DNA of 64,000 bases from Amoebophrya sp. A120 (GCA_905178155.1 CAJINV010000007.1:1965151-2029150), one strand, 5' to 3'; shown: positions 11,901-24,562, counted from the first letter of the stretch. Made by a program: numbers and translations. The notes: generated from the sequence alone by a model not told the origin.

Positions 11901-14900
11901 GTTCAGATGCGTGCCGTTGGGTTCGAAAAAATCCACGCCAGAGGAGGGCGCGGACGCGAAACATGGCGGAGAAGGAGAAGATGGGAGAGAGGTTTTATCA
12001 TGTGCAGCACAACTTCTAGCGCTCTTGATGTTCTCGATTTTTCCATTTCCCTGTGCCTGTGCTGGTACTGTGGGAGATCGGGAGGTAGCACTGCTAGCGT
12101 CCTCGGCCGCCGGCGAGCTATTCAGTTGCGAAGAAGATGATCCCGACGCCGACGACGATGTTTCTTTTGGACTATTTATTCTGGCGTTTCTGTATTGTTC
12201 CTCTATTTCGGCAACTCTGCTTCTGTACACTGTGCGCTGAATCGATCCGAGTGGATACAATTTTTGTGCGACATTGTCGACAGCCTTAGCCTATCCTTTG
12301 CAAAAGTACTATCGCACACACGTGCACGTAAATCTAAATAATGGCGGTCATGCCATGACAGAAAATCGCTTCTCGTGGCTTTCATCTTAGGCCGATCTGC
12401 ATTGCTGGAAATTCTTTTATGATTGGAAAAAAATTGTAAAAAATGCAAGAATCCATTATATTACACACTTCTACGATAGTACGGCACTCCCCTTGCAGGA
12501 CATACAGTCCATGTCGCCTTCGAGGTCCCTAACCAGAAACAACTGTGGTCCGTCTCGGGCGCCATTGTGGGCTGGTCCTCATCTTCTGAAAGCAACTTGT
12601 CACAACAACTTCCAAGTCCCTGCCGACTCTCGGAGCTGCAAGCCTTTTCCGCTTCCTCTTCGCCGCCCAAGGAGCTGGAGCTACTTTCAAGAACAGCATC
12701 TTCCTGGTCCTGGTTCTCCTTCTCTGAAAGTTCCGCGAGGAGGGCCTCCTTGGCCGCACTACTACGGAGCGGGACTTCAGCTCGCTTAACAAATGATGAT
12801 GTGCTGGCCAGCTGCTCTTTACTAGAGTCACATAATTGTTGTTGAGAGCCAGCAGCGTAGTTGTACCCAGAAGCAGCTGCGCGCTCTTGTAATCGCCGGA
12901 CCTGTTGTAGAAATTCTCCGCCTTGAAAGCCTCTTATGACTTTTCCACCGGAGCCGAAATCCGAATCACTCAGGGAGGATTTGTTTTTGTTAGTTTCCTG
13001 GTCGTCCTCTACAACTGCAGGAGTCTCTTCGGGTTTCGGCTTCATCGCTGCGCTTGCGGCGTGCACTTCTTCTATGCCTCCTCGTCTTGCCGCTTCTTGC
13101 CGGCGCTGGGCGGGAGCACTAATTGGGGTCTGGATTGTTGTGCTTGGTCTGCTTTTCAAGAACAGCCTTCTCGGAGAAGAGGAAGGATCCTGCAGAGACA
13201 GCACTGACCATGGCTGTGGAGGAGACTCCTCCACAGCCATGGTCAGTGCTGTCTCTGCAGGATCTTCTTTCATCGTCTTGTTCGCCTCGTCATTACGAAC
13301 TTCTTCTGCCGTAGGTCCGGGAGTAGCTATTTCGTCGCTGCTTCTAGTACTAGCCGCTAGGGCTGGAAGGTCATTTGGCTCGACGTCCGATTTCTGCCCA
13401 CTTGCGGATCCGTCTTTCTCGGCGCGAATTTGTTTTGAAGCTTTCTTCACATTTTCTTTGAAGACATCAAAAAGCTTGTTGTTCTTGGACACTAGAGCTT
13501 TAATACGAGCACCGCGAGCACCGCTCTCGTGTTCCACATCGTCCTTCGCAAGGCGCGTGCGACTGCCTTGCTCATCTCCTTCTGGTTCCGCACTAGTTGT
13601 AGTAGTAATAGATTCATCCTTCTCTTTAACATCTTCCAAAAGAGCGCCAGCAGTCACAGCTCCTACCGCAGCTCCTCCCCCTGTATCAGAGCCGCACTTG
13701 TTCATCTTCCCATGCTCACTTTTCTTCACCTGTTCTGCCGCAATGATCTTTTCCATCTGTTCGTCCAACACGGCACACGCAATCTGCCAGTCCATGCCCC
13801 ACCGCTTCTCCAAATACTCTTTCCGCGCAGCATCAGCCATTGCCAACACCTCCTCTTTATCGAAAGAAAAAGCACTAAGGCCCATCGCATCCCAATTGAT
13901 TTTTTGTATGACAAACGCCTCCTGTAGTGCACGTTTTGCATGAGAAATTGGATGGACATGGGTCCTTTTCTTTGTTTGATACTCGTTCATCATCACCTCC
14001 ACCTCCGCGGGGCTTATCCCCACCTCGGCCCCCGCGTTTTTCGAAGACGTAGGAAGCAGGGCGCCGACGCTGGCCGTCGGGAGCGGCAACCCGCCACTTC
14101 CGGCGGACACAGGGAGAAACAGTTGCTGCATTGGGTCCTCATAGTGCATCGCGGATGCCATGGGCTCTTTCGCAGCCTCCAAGTAGGCTAGGCGGAGGAG
14201 GTTCTGCACCAAGACTTTGCAGGTTTCCAAGCCCTTCGGCACCGTGGGGCTGTGCTTCTGGAATTCTTCCGGCAGTTTCGGACACGGAACGAACAGGCCG
14301 GACGGAGCTCCACACAGCAAGCCGTTCGGATTGTCCGGGGCGAATTTCTTTTTGGCCGCCGGAGCATTTGTTGACGTTAGGGAGGTGGAAGAGCCTTTAA
14401 CATTGCTCCGACTAGTACCTCCCTCAGAAGATGCGCTGGACCCCCGGGGTATGGGAGTGTCAGGTTTGAAATCGACAAAGTTGAAATAACTTGTAATGCA
14501 TAAAATCTATACCAGTTGGAAGAGGAAGCCCAATTTCAAGCGGCGCATGACAAATTTCGGCGCCGTCTAAATCCAGCTTGTCATGCTGTTTAGGTAGAGA
14601 AGGCGTTTTTTGTCATGCTACTTTAGCAGCTCTACCGCAGACCCCAAACGGTCTGACAGTCGGCCTCACTTGCCGCCCCTGCAAGAGAGGCACTTCATGC
14701 CTTGCAATTTATGCATGAGAAATCATTTCAACTTTGACGATTTCGATCCTGACACTCCCATACGGGGGTGTTCTTCCGTATACCAGCTTTGCATTAGCTC
14801 GACGGAAAGCCAGGCGTGCTGCGCGGTTATGCTGAGTCAAAACGTCCCCACCCCAGAGTTGCCATGCAAATCTGCATGCCAAAAAAGTTTGTCATGCGGA

Positions 14901-17900
14901 GCGCCATGAGTGGCATTTTCTAGTCGTGTTTTAGAATTCGTGATGCTAGAATTAGCATGATCTACTAGATCTGCGATGCTGCTGAACTACCTAAGCAGCA
15001 TTACACTACGAGGACAAATTTGTCACGCCAAACAACCAAACCTGGCTGATTTGTCTAGCAGATTTCCCATCTTGACTCTGGTGTGGGGACGTTTTTACAA
15101 ATGATAACGGTGGTCTTCTTGCTACTTGCCGTGCTTGTGCCGGTCATCTTGCGCGTATTTTCTTTTAAGGAGCCCGAGCCGAAGCTAGCACCAGAGCCGG
15201 CCGTTGCCGCTTTACTATTTGCACAGTGCTGCTGCTGGTTTTTGACGAAATTTGAAGCCAAACGGGTCGAGTGGTAGTGGCAGCCAGTTTTCTTGTAGTC
15301 CTGCTTCATGTTTGAAATGGCTTTCAGCGTTTCTTCTGCCAACGCCTCCTGTTCTTTTATGCGGTTTTGGACAAGAGTGGCTGTTTCCAAAATCCGCAGC
15401 TTCGCTCGTTCGAAAAATTGCAACCGCGAAAAGACCATCTGCTTCAGCACCTCGAGTTGGTCTGTTGCCGTTTCATTTGTCATCTGGTGCTGGCCTGTTT
15501 GCTCCTTGTGCTGGAGAATCTTCTGGGTGTGATTTGGTACCACATCCTCGCGTTCGTCTGACGGCGCCTCTTGCAGTACGTCGTGGCCACCTCGTCCCGT
15601 CCTATCGTTTTCCAGCAAGAAGCTCGCCGCCTCGTCCTGTACGGAACCTACAGCACTATGGTCATCGATATTCAGCAACGTTTTTATGTCTGTGCGCGAT
15701 GATTTTTGCGAACGAGGCTGCGCATTCTGTTTGTTTGTGGTCGTGCGTCCTGAGATGTTCTCGAACGCGGAGTCTTCCGCGGTACTCGTCGTTGCAGAAG
15801 TTTCTTCAACATGTTCATCACAGCCGCGACGTTCTTGGCGCTGGTTTGGGTCTGCAGCTGGTACGTTTTTGCAGCTCCAGTCTAATTCGGAAAAACGAAG
15901 CAGATGATGTTGGTCGTTCTTCCCGCCCTCCGCCGCGCAGAACCTCGGGAAGAGCTCCTTCGCAGCGTAATCCACAAGATTTCGGAGAAGCGGATCGGAG
16001 AAAGTCAGAAAAGGGAACGGAAATTTGCGCGAGCTGATAAAGTCGCAAACCATTACCTTCCCTGCCAGCTTTTCCACACTGGCGTGTAATCTCCGACACA
16101 GGTTTATGGATGTGTCAGGATCGAAATTGTCAAAATCGAAAAATTTGTGATGCACAAAATGGATGCCAGTTGGAGCCTCAGTTTCCAAGTGGCGCATGAC
16201 AAATTTCGGGACCACCAAAATCCAGTCTGTCAGGCTGTTTGGGCAAAGCAGACTGCTCCTGTCATGCTACTCTAGCAACACATTGCATAACCCTAAACAG
16301 GCTTACAATCGGTCTCATTGGCCTGCTCCCCAATACAGGCGTCGCGTGCCCTACATTTTACGCATCACAAATTTTTCGATTTTATCGATTTCGATCCTGA
16401 CACACCCATAAGGTTTTTGCCCTTGTCCGGTAGTTCTCGTTCCAGCTTGAACGCGAAGCCTTATCAAATGCAAAAGTGTCTGGGTCTGGAAGAATGGAAC
16501 TTGTGATGCTGCATTTGGACTCTAAAAAAATCTGTATTGCATGACCAGCAAGAGGAGCCACATTTGTGCTACGCGAGGAGGGCATTTGTCATGCGGAAAT
16601 GGCATCAGGAAGCTTTCCAAAAATCTGTGATGCTGGGTCATGCATTACAAGCATCATGGGTCATGCCAGACAAGCATGGCAAGCCTTCCATTCTTCCAGA
16701 CCCAGACATTTTTACATTTGATAAGCCTTCTGAGATATCAAAGGGCAGCAGCGGAATTTTGTGACAGAGAGAGTACTCGTTGAAGTACTCGTTATTTTTG
16801 TGGCGAGCGCTCACCAATGTCTGCCGCGTGCTGGCTTTGGTGTTCAGCATCAAACTGAATGCCATGTAAAGTGCCATGCTGTGGTTCAAAAAGCGCGACT
16901 CCTTGGAGTAATCAAGCGGCTGCTGTTTCTGCGCTTTCGCTTCTTGTTGTAGACCCGAGCTGGCAGTGGAGTTTTTCCTGTCCTGTTCTTGCTTCTTGCT
17001 CTTCCTATGCGCGGCCCCAGCGCGCCAAAGCAAAATGGCCTCTGCCATGTACACTGTCACGAAGCTCTGCACGAGCCCTAGACGAAGTGCTGTGATGTCT
17101 CCTTCATCGTTTCCACCTTCGCTGGTCACACTTTGAGCCTTTTCATTGTTTTCATTTTTTTGGTTTTGCGCTACTTCGCCTCGCATCATGATAGTCGTAG
17201 GGACTACAGGTAGAGGACTTTGGGGTGGAGGTGGAGATCCACCGGACTTTTTGATACCAGAAGGACTCCTAGAAGGGTCGCTCCCGAATATTAACCGCGA
17301 CTCGCTAGTACCGCTTTCTTCACTTGCGTTCAGTTCTCGTCGTTGCTCCAAGACCGTCTCCTCACCACGCCGTTCTTCCTTGTCCAAGACCTCCCTGGCG
17401 AGAATCTGCAAACTTCGCCCGAACAAATGCTCTCCGCAGGCTAAGCAAGTGGCGTGATATTCCTCCGAGTTTGTCAGCGCTAGCTCGAGTAGCATCCTCG
17501 CTTTTTCGTATTCCGAGCGGTTCCGCAACTGCCGCGCTTTCTCCTCGAGGATCTGGATCTCTTCGTCGCCGGTTCTATTATCTTCATCCGTCTTCAAAAT
17601 AAAAAGCTCCTTGAGCAGACCCGTGCCCTGCTGCAGACGTTTCTCTTGTTTGTCTGTAAAGGCTTCCAGGTCGTTGATATGGGTTTTGTTCTCGATAATT
17701 TCGTCCAGCACTACTGTCAAAGCTGCGTAACCGGTGACCTCGATCCTTGCCGCTACGTCCTTTTTCACGTCAGATTTGTAACTCCAAAACCGATTCATCG
17801 TGTCGCGGGCTTTATTTGGATCAAAGGCGTTGATGTTTTGTCGCCTCTTTTCCTCCGAGTAAATTTCTTTTTTCCCTCCGTACAGCCTTTCAAGTTCTAG

Positions 17901-18572
17901 CGAACTTTTTGCAACCATGCCAACGTCTGGATCCCCCGTCGCGGCAATAAAATTCCGGACAAATTCATTGCCGAGGGAGTCCACCACAGCATCAGCCTCC
18001 TCGGTGTTTATCGCTTGCAACGCGCAGCCGACAGTGTCCCACGCCAGGCAGTTGTTCGGGTTGAGAAAGCCTGCAATCAGTCCCGTGCGGATGCTCTCGG
18101 AGAAGCGGTCCAGTTTGTACTGGCAATAGCACAATTCCGCGAAAACCCGCGACAGTTTGCAGCGGTTTCCGATCTTTTTGTACGCGTTGAAGAAGTCAAA
18201 GTTTTCCAGTGCGGTTAAAAAGGCTCGGGCGCTAAGCAGCGGCGCTCGGTCGCGTCGTCGCCCTGCTGAGGTAGAAATACTAGCAGTTTCGTTTATCTCG
18301 TTGTGGCTGGTCGTGCTCGCCGCGCAAGGTGATGTGCTGGTGCGGGAATAATTCTTATTCTCCGCGTTGGAAGTGGCTATGGCTTGGCCTTCATCGGCAA
18401 GCACAGCTGGCGAAGAAGTAGATGTCGACGCTGGGGATGAAGCAGTGGAGGACGCGACAGTACTAGGCGTAGCGGGGGCTGTTGCTCCTGCCGTCGTGGA
18501 AGTCGGAGTTGCAATTGCTCCCGCAAGGGGAAGAGGACCACGAGGACCAGCAGTCGCTTTGCCTCTCAACAT
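8993..18572 (-). CDS. Very large (about 2600 aa spliced) TPR-containing protein, 8 exons separated by 7 TAT..ATA introns
   Basis: ORFs 16638..18572, 15055..16218, 12461..14320, 11403..12260 and 8993..11425, plus micro-exons 16416-16461 and 14768-14827, form one frame after removing 267, 311, 284, 318, 129, 218-224 and 256 nt. TPR-like segment FAELCYCQYKLDRFSESIRTGLIAGFLNPNNCLAWDTVGCALQAIN. Confidence 0.72.
11352..11602. mobile_element. Introner (degenerate TIR)
   Basis: Left arm tatgggactctcaggtgtgacgctctcagctgtt vs reverse-complemented right arm tacggcgttctcaagcgctagtacactctcaactgtt. TSD tggag/tgtag. Removing 256 nt gives FQVY(Y/S)SSVW. Confidence 0.72.
12286..12504. mobile_element. Introner (old; left edge 12286 or 12292)
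   Basis: Shared inverted cores tgcaa and gtactatcg. TSD cagcc/cagtc. Either 224 or 218 nt restores the frame between ORFs 12461..14320 and 11403..12260. Confidence 0.5.
13858..13981. mobile_element. Introner, family A (degenerate, reads through in frame)
   Basis: tat...ata ends, cccatc/atggg arms and the internal ttttgcatgagaaattggatgg signature. TSD ctctt/ctcgt. Length 129 nt = 43 codons. Confidence 0.7.
14450..14762. mobile_element. Introner, family B
   Basis: About 55-bp TIR starting tatgggagtgtcagg. TSD cgggg at 14445-14449 and 14763-14767. Homologous to 16105-16410 and 46628-46946. Confidence 0.92.
14828..15106. mobile_element. Introner, family C
   Basis: IR aaaacgtccccaccccagagt / actctggtgtggggacgtttt. 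TSD gcggt/acggt. Removing 284 nt restores the frame. Confidence 0.8.
16105..16410. mobile_element. Introner, family B
   Basis: TIR tatggatgtgtcaggatcgaaat.... TSD aggtt at 16100-16104 and 16411-16415. Element plus TSD = 311 nt. Confidence 0.92.
16462..16723. mobile_element. Introner, family D
   Basis: 38-bp TIR tatcaaatgcaaaagtgtctgggtctggaagaatggaa with 2 mismatches. TSD agcct at 16457-16461 and 16724-16728. Element plus TSD = 267 nt. Confidence 0.92.
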
Positions 18573-20406
18573 CTTGCTAGTTGTATCAGTATCTCTAGCA
18601 CAATTTTTGTTTTTGTTCCATTCCTTCTTGAAGACTGGTAGTGGTTATGAACGAGCGAGCCCAATAAATCGCCACCGCAAGCGAAGACGCATGCTGTTGG
18701 GCTACCTGTGGACGCGCCTTTTCTTACCCGCGTCTGATTTTGCTTCTCGATCTCCTCCTTCGTCCTTTTCGCGATCCCATAGCCGGTCCCAATAATTCTC
18801 TTTCTGCGTTAGAGGGGGCCCAGCCACCAGGTTAGATCTCTACAACTACATACTCACTCATACGATTTTCTTGTTACAGTTGGCACTTTACTTAATACGG
18901 GCGGGACGAAGAAGCACAGAAGCATTAGAATACTCGAGCTGCAAAATCAAGAGCTTAGAAGCGGCACTTTCGGCGAGAAAAAGCTACTCAATTTTACCAT
19001 ACAGATTCTAAAGTCGGACGCGTGAGCAAAACTATACTTCGCTTGGCGGGACGAATTTGTCGAAGTTTGCGACCTCTATTTATTATCATGATGATCGAAG
19101 TTGTCCTTGTCACACACAGAACTACGCACAGTGAGACGCGCTCGCTGTCATCTTCATCTCTATGCGAAATTTTATTTATTTTCACATAAGCTGCAAGAGG
19201 TAGCGATTACACAAATAGTGCAACGAGTTATCAACAAACAGCTTGAGCTTGTTTTCCATATCGCTGTTGTTTCCTGATCCACGACAGACCCGCTACGCGA
19301 GAACGCTCTGTATCTGTCTCAGTGGATCGTGCCCTTCTGCAAGACGACTTGCTGCTTAAAGATAAAGAGACGAGATCTACATGCAGATCAATGGAGCAAC
19401 AGAGCAAGGATCATAGGAGCTTCTTTGCCGCACCACACAATCCCATGGACAAAGTTTGATCGAACTACGCGGCATTGCCTCTTGCGCCGTTACACTAATT
19501 AGTCAAACACCACTCACACAGCACTGATAGAAGAAGAGGTACTTATCACGTCTATCACGAGAATAAAGAAATCCATGACCATGTCCATGATGCCTCAATG
19601 GCACTACTTCAAGAAAATGCAGGATCCCGATGTCGATATAGGGTGCGACACGATCTTCTGTTTCCGCTTTTGCACTGACACGATCTTCTACGATCCTGCT
19701 GCTCAGCATGGTCCTGTTATGTCTGGTGCATATTGATCCATGGTCGAGTGTTTGTTTTGAAAATAAATGACTGCCACGATCCACCTGGTGCTTCCAGAAT
19801 AACAGCGCTGATCTTCCGGGTCTCACCGCAGCAGCCGTGCCGCCCGGTTAAGCACAACTACAGCCACACCTCCATAATCTTGTCAAATTTTACATAGATT
19901 TTTACATTCGGAATCATACGTTGTTCGTAGTCCATTTTGCGTTCTGAATTCGCGGGGGCGGGTTCCGCTGGGTACCAGTTCATTGAAACAAATATGAGAA
20001 ACATGATGATGCTACTTAGCGGACACTACAGGAGTAGTTTCTTTGCAGGCTTTTCTCCGGAAGATAGTGGTATGGCTAAAAAAAGGTCGTTGCAAGTAGA
20101 ATGAGGTACTGGCCTCGTCCTCCCGTGCTCAAGTTCTTTTTCATAGGCATGTTGAGGTTGTCGTGATGATTCATTTGCCAAAAATATGGACGTTCCTAGT
20201 TCGCATTCTGTCAACAGATCTAGTCGAGCGCCCGTTTTACTAGAGGGTAATTGTTAAATCAAGACATTCTTTCATGAATTCTGTTGCAGCTTTTATTTCG
20301 TGTAACAGATACATTTATTTTTGTCTAAGAGATACCAAACTCTACTTCTAATTGTCTTTTGTTTTCGAAACAACAGAGAACCTCGCCCGGTCCATCTCGA
20401 TCTCGA

Positions 20407-20443
20407 AACTTCATCACCGCTCCAATTCGATTACCAGCACATG
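20407..20443 (+). repeat. 37-bp direct repeat, copy 1 (copy 2 at 21994-22030, 1 mismatch)
   Basis: aacttcatcaccgc(t/g)ccaattcgattaccagcacatg brackets a 1550-bp insert. Confidence 0.9.
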
Positions 20444-20559
20444 TTGGTAGTGATTTGGACCAACTTTTTATCGGCCAAGAAAATCGAAAAAAAATCCGGT
20501 GGCGCGGCGAAACTGTAGAGGCCAGAGCCAACCAACTTAAGGGGGGCGATTCCCGATTC

Positions 20560-21210
20560 CCGATTTTTGCATTGCTCAAAATCGATTTTGCATTCCCGCA
20601 GACGCGGATTGCACAAAATCGATTTTGCATTGCACGAAACCGAATCCCGCAAAATCGATTTTGCATTGCACAAAATCGATTTTGTATTGCACAGCATCGA
20701 TTTTGCGTTGCACAAAACCGAATCCCGATTTTGCAGTGCACAAAATCGATTTTGCATTGCACAAAACCGAAAGCAGCAAAATCGATCTTGCATTGCACAG
20801 AAACGATTTTGCATTGCACAAAATCGATTTTGCATTGCACAAAACCGAATCCCGATTTTGCATTGCACAAAATGGATTCTGCATTCCCGCAGACGCGGAT
20901 TGCACAAAATCGATTTTGCATTGCACAAAACCGAATCCCGCAAAATCGATTTTGCATTGCACAAAATCGATCTTGCATTGCACAAAATCGATTTTGCACT
21001 GCACAAAATCGATTTTGCTCTGCACAAAACCGAATCCCGATTCTGCATTGCACAAAACCGAATCCCGCAAAATCGATTTTGCATTGCACAAAATCGATTT
21101 TGCATGGCACACAACGCAGATTGCACAAAATCGAAGCCGCAGACGCGGATTGCACAAAACCCCTCCTCCAGACGCGCAATCCCGCAGATTGCACAAAATC
21201 GATTTTCCAT
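20560..21210. repeat. Palindromic minisatellite, core unit TGCACAAAATCGATTTTGCAT (21 bp) with variant units
   Basis: Many copies of the palindrome CAAAATCGATTTTG, interspersed with TGCACAAAACCGAATCCCG and CCCGCAGACGCGGAT variants. Confidence 0.95.
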
Positions 21211-22078
21211 TCCCCCAGAACGCAGCGCCGACCACAAGGCCGGTTTTGAGCTGACCACAGGTGGTTCGATGTTGTGGGTCGCGCAAGGGCTGTTGAAGGC
21301 CACACAATCGCCCGACCACACAAAATCGATTTCGCAGCTTCCCAGGTCCGACAGAATCGAGCGGCCGCGTGGCTCAATATCGAGGCGGTGCGCCACGCAA
21401 TCCGCCGGGCCGACGGACTAGGGGGGAGAGCTTCCAGCTATGCGCTTTAGCGGATCTCCCACAAAATCGATTTTGTGTGTCCGCCCTTTCTTCGCGGATG
21501 CAGTCTCCCACGCCAATGCCTTACCAACCCCCGTCCCAGCCCGCGCCCTATGAGGTACGGGCAACGGGCCCTACCGCACCACCACTGACGCGGACATCGC
21601 ACAAGGAGCGGGCCAACAAAATCGATTTTGCGCGCCTCGGGTGATTGAACCCGCAGACGATTCTGCGAGCCTGAAGTAACTAAAACCCCCGACTCTGCGC
21701 CCCATCAAGCGCCCAGCGGCTGTCGAGGACTGAGCCGCGGCACCCACCGAGGGCTGTCTGTTCACAAAATCGATTTTGCGACCCCCGCGCGAGCCGAGAG
21801 CCTGTTCCTGGCGCCTCTACGGAGCTCAGAACACGCAGACGGGGCCCATGCCGCTCCCGCGGCTTTTCAGAACTTGGGCCCGGATGTAAGTCACAAGCTC
21901 GGGGGGCGTTTTTCATTGGTTTCTACGCTGGGCCAACGCGATGAATGTGCGGAACTTCATCGGGGCGCAAGTTCTGGAATTCGCGATCATCCCAACTTCA
22001 TCACCGCGCCAATTCGATTACCAGCACATGATCAAGCATCTAGAAGAACGAAGACACTTCCAATTCCCTCCCCCCTTG

Positions 22079-22705
22079 TTAAATCGCGGTATTCGCTGAC
22101 ACCGGGCGGCTGAGCCGCACGGAGGAGGGTCGGCTGTTGTTTCCGCCGTTCCCGCCGGCGGCGCTCGGCTCCGTGACGTTGAAAATTTTCGTGCCAATGG
22201 GCGGCACGTAGTGGCGGTCGACGGTTTGCAGACACTCGTGAAGATGCACGCGGAGAAACTCGGCACCCTTGTTCGGGTCCACGTATGTCGGGGTCGAACA
22301 GCTGTCCACACCGGACAGACGGTCCTGATAGTGAATAGTTTGGGTTAAATAATTTCTGTAGCAGATTGAGCAGGCCAGGCATGTTTTTTGATGCATCATA
22401 AAAAAAGAAGGAGCTGCTACAATTGAAATTGTGTAAGTACAACATGTCAATTCATAGTACCTTGAACTCCCGGATGATACTGCGATTGGCCTCAAAGTTT
22501 TCTCTGCTTTCCGCTACCGTGGTTTCCAAACGGCCAGCCTGGCTTATGAAAAAGACAACACATGGAAGATTTCTCATGTGGATGCATGACAGAGACAGCA
22601 GGAATAGCCGCATCCGCATGAGAAACTTTGTTGACTTTCCACTCTCATACGCATCGTCAGCTCTTCTAGTTGTCGGTGGTGCTCGATTTCCAAGCCCTCA
22701 ATTTC
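22079..22705 (-). CDS. Small multi-exon hypothetical protein (coiled-coil-like); 5' end unresolved
   Basis: Exon-like frames IEGLEIEHHRQLEELT, AGRLETTVAESRENFEANRSIIREFK and DRLSGVDSCSTPTYVDPNKGAEFLRVHLHECL join after removing 110 and 136 nt. Confidence 0.4.
22545..22649. mobile_element. Introner-like hairpin intron (TSD decayed)
   Basis: tatga...tcata ends. Inner IR tttctcatgtggatgc / gcatccgcatgagaaa. Removing 110 nt joins the flanking frames. Confidence 0.5.
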
Positions 22706-23491
22706 CTTCTCTCGCCGCCGGAAATCTAGGTTTTATTGAACGTGCAAAGTTGTTGTACTTCTAGATTAGGTTGACTCATCAATACACATGCCATACACGG
22801 CACCGACCACTTGACGATGGCGCTATCGCGCTTCTTTGGAATAGCCACGCTTGAAAACTACAAAGTAGAAAAAGGGACACTATTAACCTAAGAAAACGAC
22901 CGGACAAAATTACAGAGCAAAGAAACGGTAAAAACCTTCCTCCTGCTGGGTTGTTTTGGATCCCCACTCGGCTTCCCGTGACTGCTTTTCCCTCTCCATT
23001 ACGATATCCAGTGCCGCAATTTTTTTCTTGAAGATCTCTTCCTTCGTTTGGTCCTTCCAGAGCTGCAGCACGTGTGAGAGGAGGCCGGCTGTGATTTTTG
23101 TTTGTTAATATGCTCAAACAACGGCAGGAAAAGACGTTTAAAGAGATAAGCTCTACTGACGCATGTTTCGGTTTCCAACCCACATACGAGACAAAAACAA
23201 AATCATAAAATCGAAAAAAATGCAAACAAACCAGCACTTGGACTCAATTTATACTGTTCGTCTGCGTGAAGAATTTTGCGAAGTGTTCCTTCTTCGCTGT
23301 GAGGTACTTATTTTTCCAAAATCGGTTTTCTCCGTGCAAGCGCTGCAATGCGTATCCACGGTAAATTTACTACTCACAACAACTACTCCGCACAGATACA
23401 GGTTGCAGTTCGGCGTGACAAATGATGTCTTAATAGTCTTTCTTTATTTATTAAGTAAGTTGCCAAAATTCATATTCATTGCTTCTGCGCG

Positions 23492-24562
23492 TCATGTCGT
23501 GGGGTAAATCACTAAATTTGTATTGCGTAGTGTGCCCATCAGATTCCCGACATGCTCGACGACTTTTGTGGCCTTTGACGAGTGCTCGTCCATACTGTGA
23601 TCTTCCTCCTCCTCGAAAACTAACGGGCTATCAGGGGCGACTTGAAAACCTAATAAAGGAAGTGATGTTTTTGCGTTTTGTGTCATGCAAGACACGCGCG
23701 CTTCTTCTATGTCCTTTTTGTCATGCGCATCTGCGTGGGAGATGATGACGCTGGCAGTGTGCCCTTTACCGGACTGCTGCGTGCTACTCCCTCCTCTAGC
23801 CCGAGCGCATCTGCATGGGAGAATGGGCTGAAGAACCGTGTATGAAGACTTGTGCCAAATAATTCCGACTAAGTACTGAGTACGTGTTGCCCCCGTGGTC
23901 GCTGGTGGCTGCGTCTCCTCCACGGTGACTGGTTCCCGTCTACTGCTGGTGCCAAGAGAAATCCGCGATATTGGTGGCTGATAATGATTTTGTTTGACTT
24001 AGTCATACGGAAATCTTTTGGCATGCAAGTCCACTGCTATACGAGTACTGCAACATCTCACGACGGCGTCAACAGGAGTGGAAACGGCAACTAGGACAAA
24101 GGTACTAGAAGAACAGGCACAAGAGCAACCGCTTCTACCAAAAAATACCGGCACTGGCACCGTGGACGCGACTGGCATCTGAACCGTGTAAAAACTCTTT
24201 GGCGCCACTGCCGCACCTCCCTGCGCAATTTGGTTCCGCAGAAAGGAGCCGTCGAGTGACTCCGGGGAGTTTTTAAACACGATCGGCTGCAGCGGCGGGA
24301 GCCCGCGTGCGGAAAGTAAGGAGCCCCCGGCCCCGCTTGGCGGTTGCCTTGTGTTCACCGGCATCATAGCGGGTTTTCGATCGTGTTTCACAACGAAGTG
24401 AATTTGCCTCTTCGGTCTGATTTTTTTTTTGTGTGTTGATGTAGGTGCTGTCCTTTGTGAAGAGCTGTAGTGGGTGAGCGCACTGCTATGCGAGCTGAAC
24501 ACACAAGCGAAGAGATTGTCGATACACTCACTCGATGCTCTCATGATTTCTTGTGCGTACAA
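23492..24562 (-). CDS. Possible exons of an unresolved hypothetical gene
   Basis: ORFs 23999..24562 and 23492..23923 have the same low-complexity style as neighbouring genes. No domain is recognised and the junctions are unresolved. Confidence 0.25.

Noticed and set aside
12936-13943. Long plus-strand ORFs antisense to genes (also 423..986, 31902..32600, 61114..62253)
   Set aside because: Shadow ORFs of minus-strand coding sequence with no independent motifs.
20325-21421. Long ORFs in all six frames (e.g. IAQNRFC and KSILHCT repeats)
   Set aside because: By-product of a stop-free palindromic 21-bp satellite, with no coding evidence.
20560-21780. CRISPR array
   Set aside because: The repeats are tandem or only 12-14 bp, the spacers are absent or over 110 bp, there are no cas genes and the context is eukaryotic.
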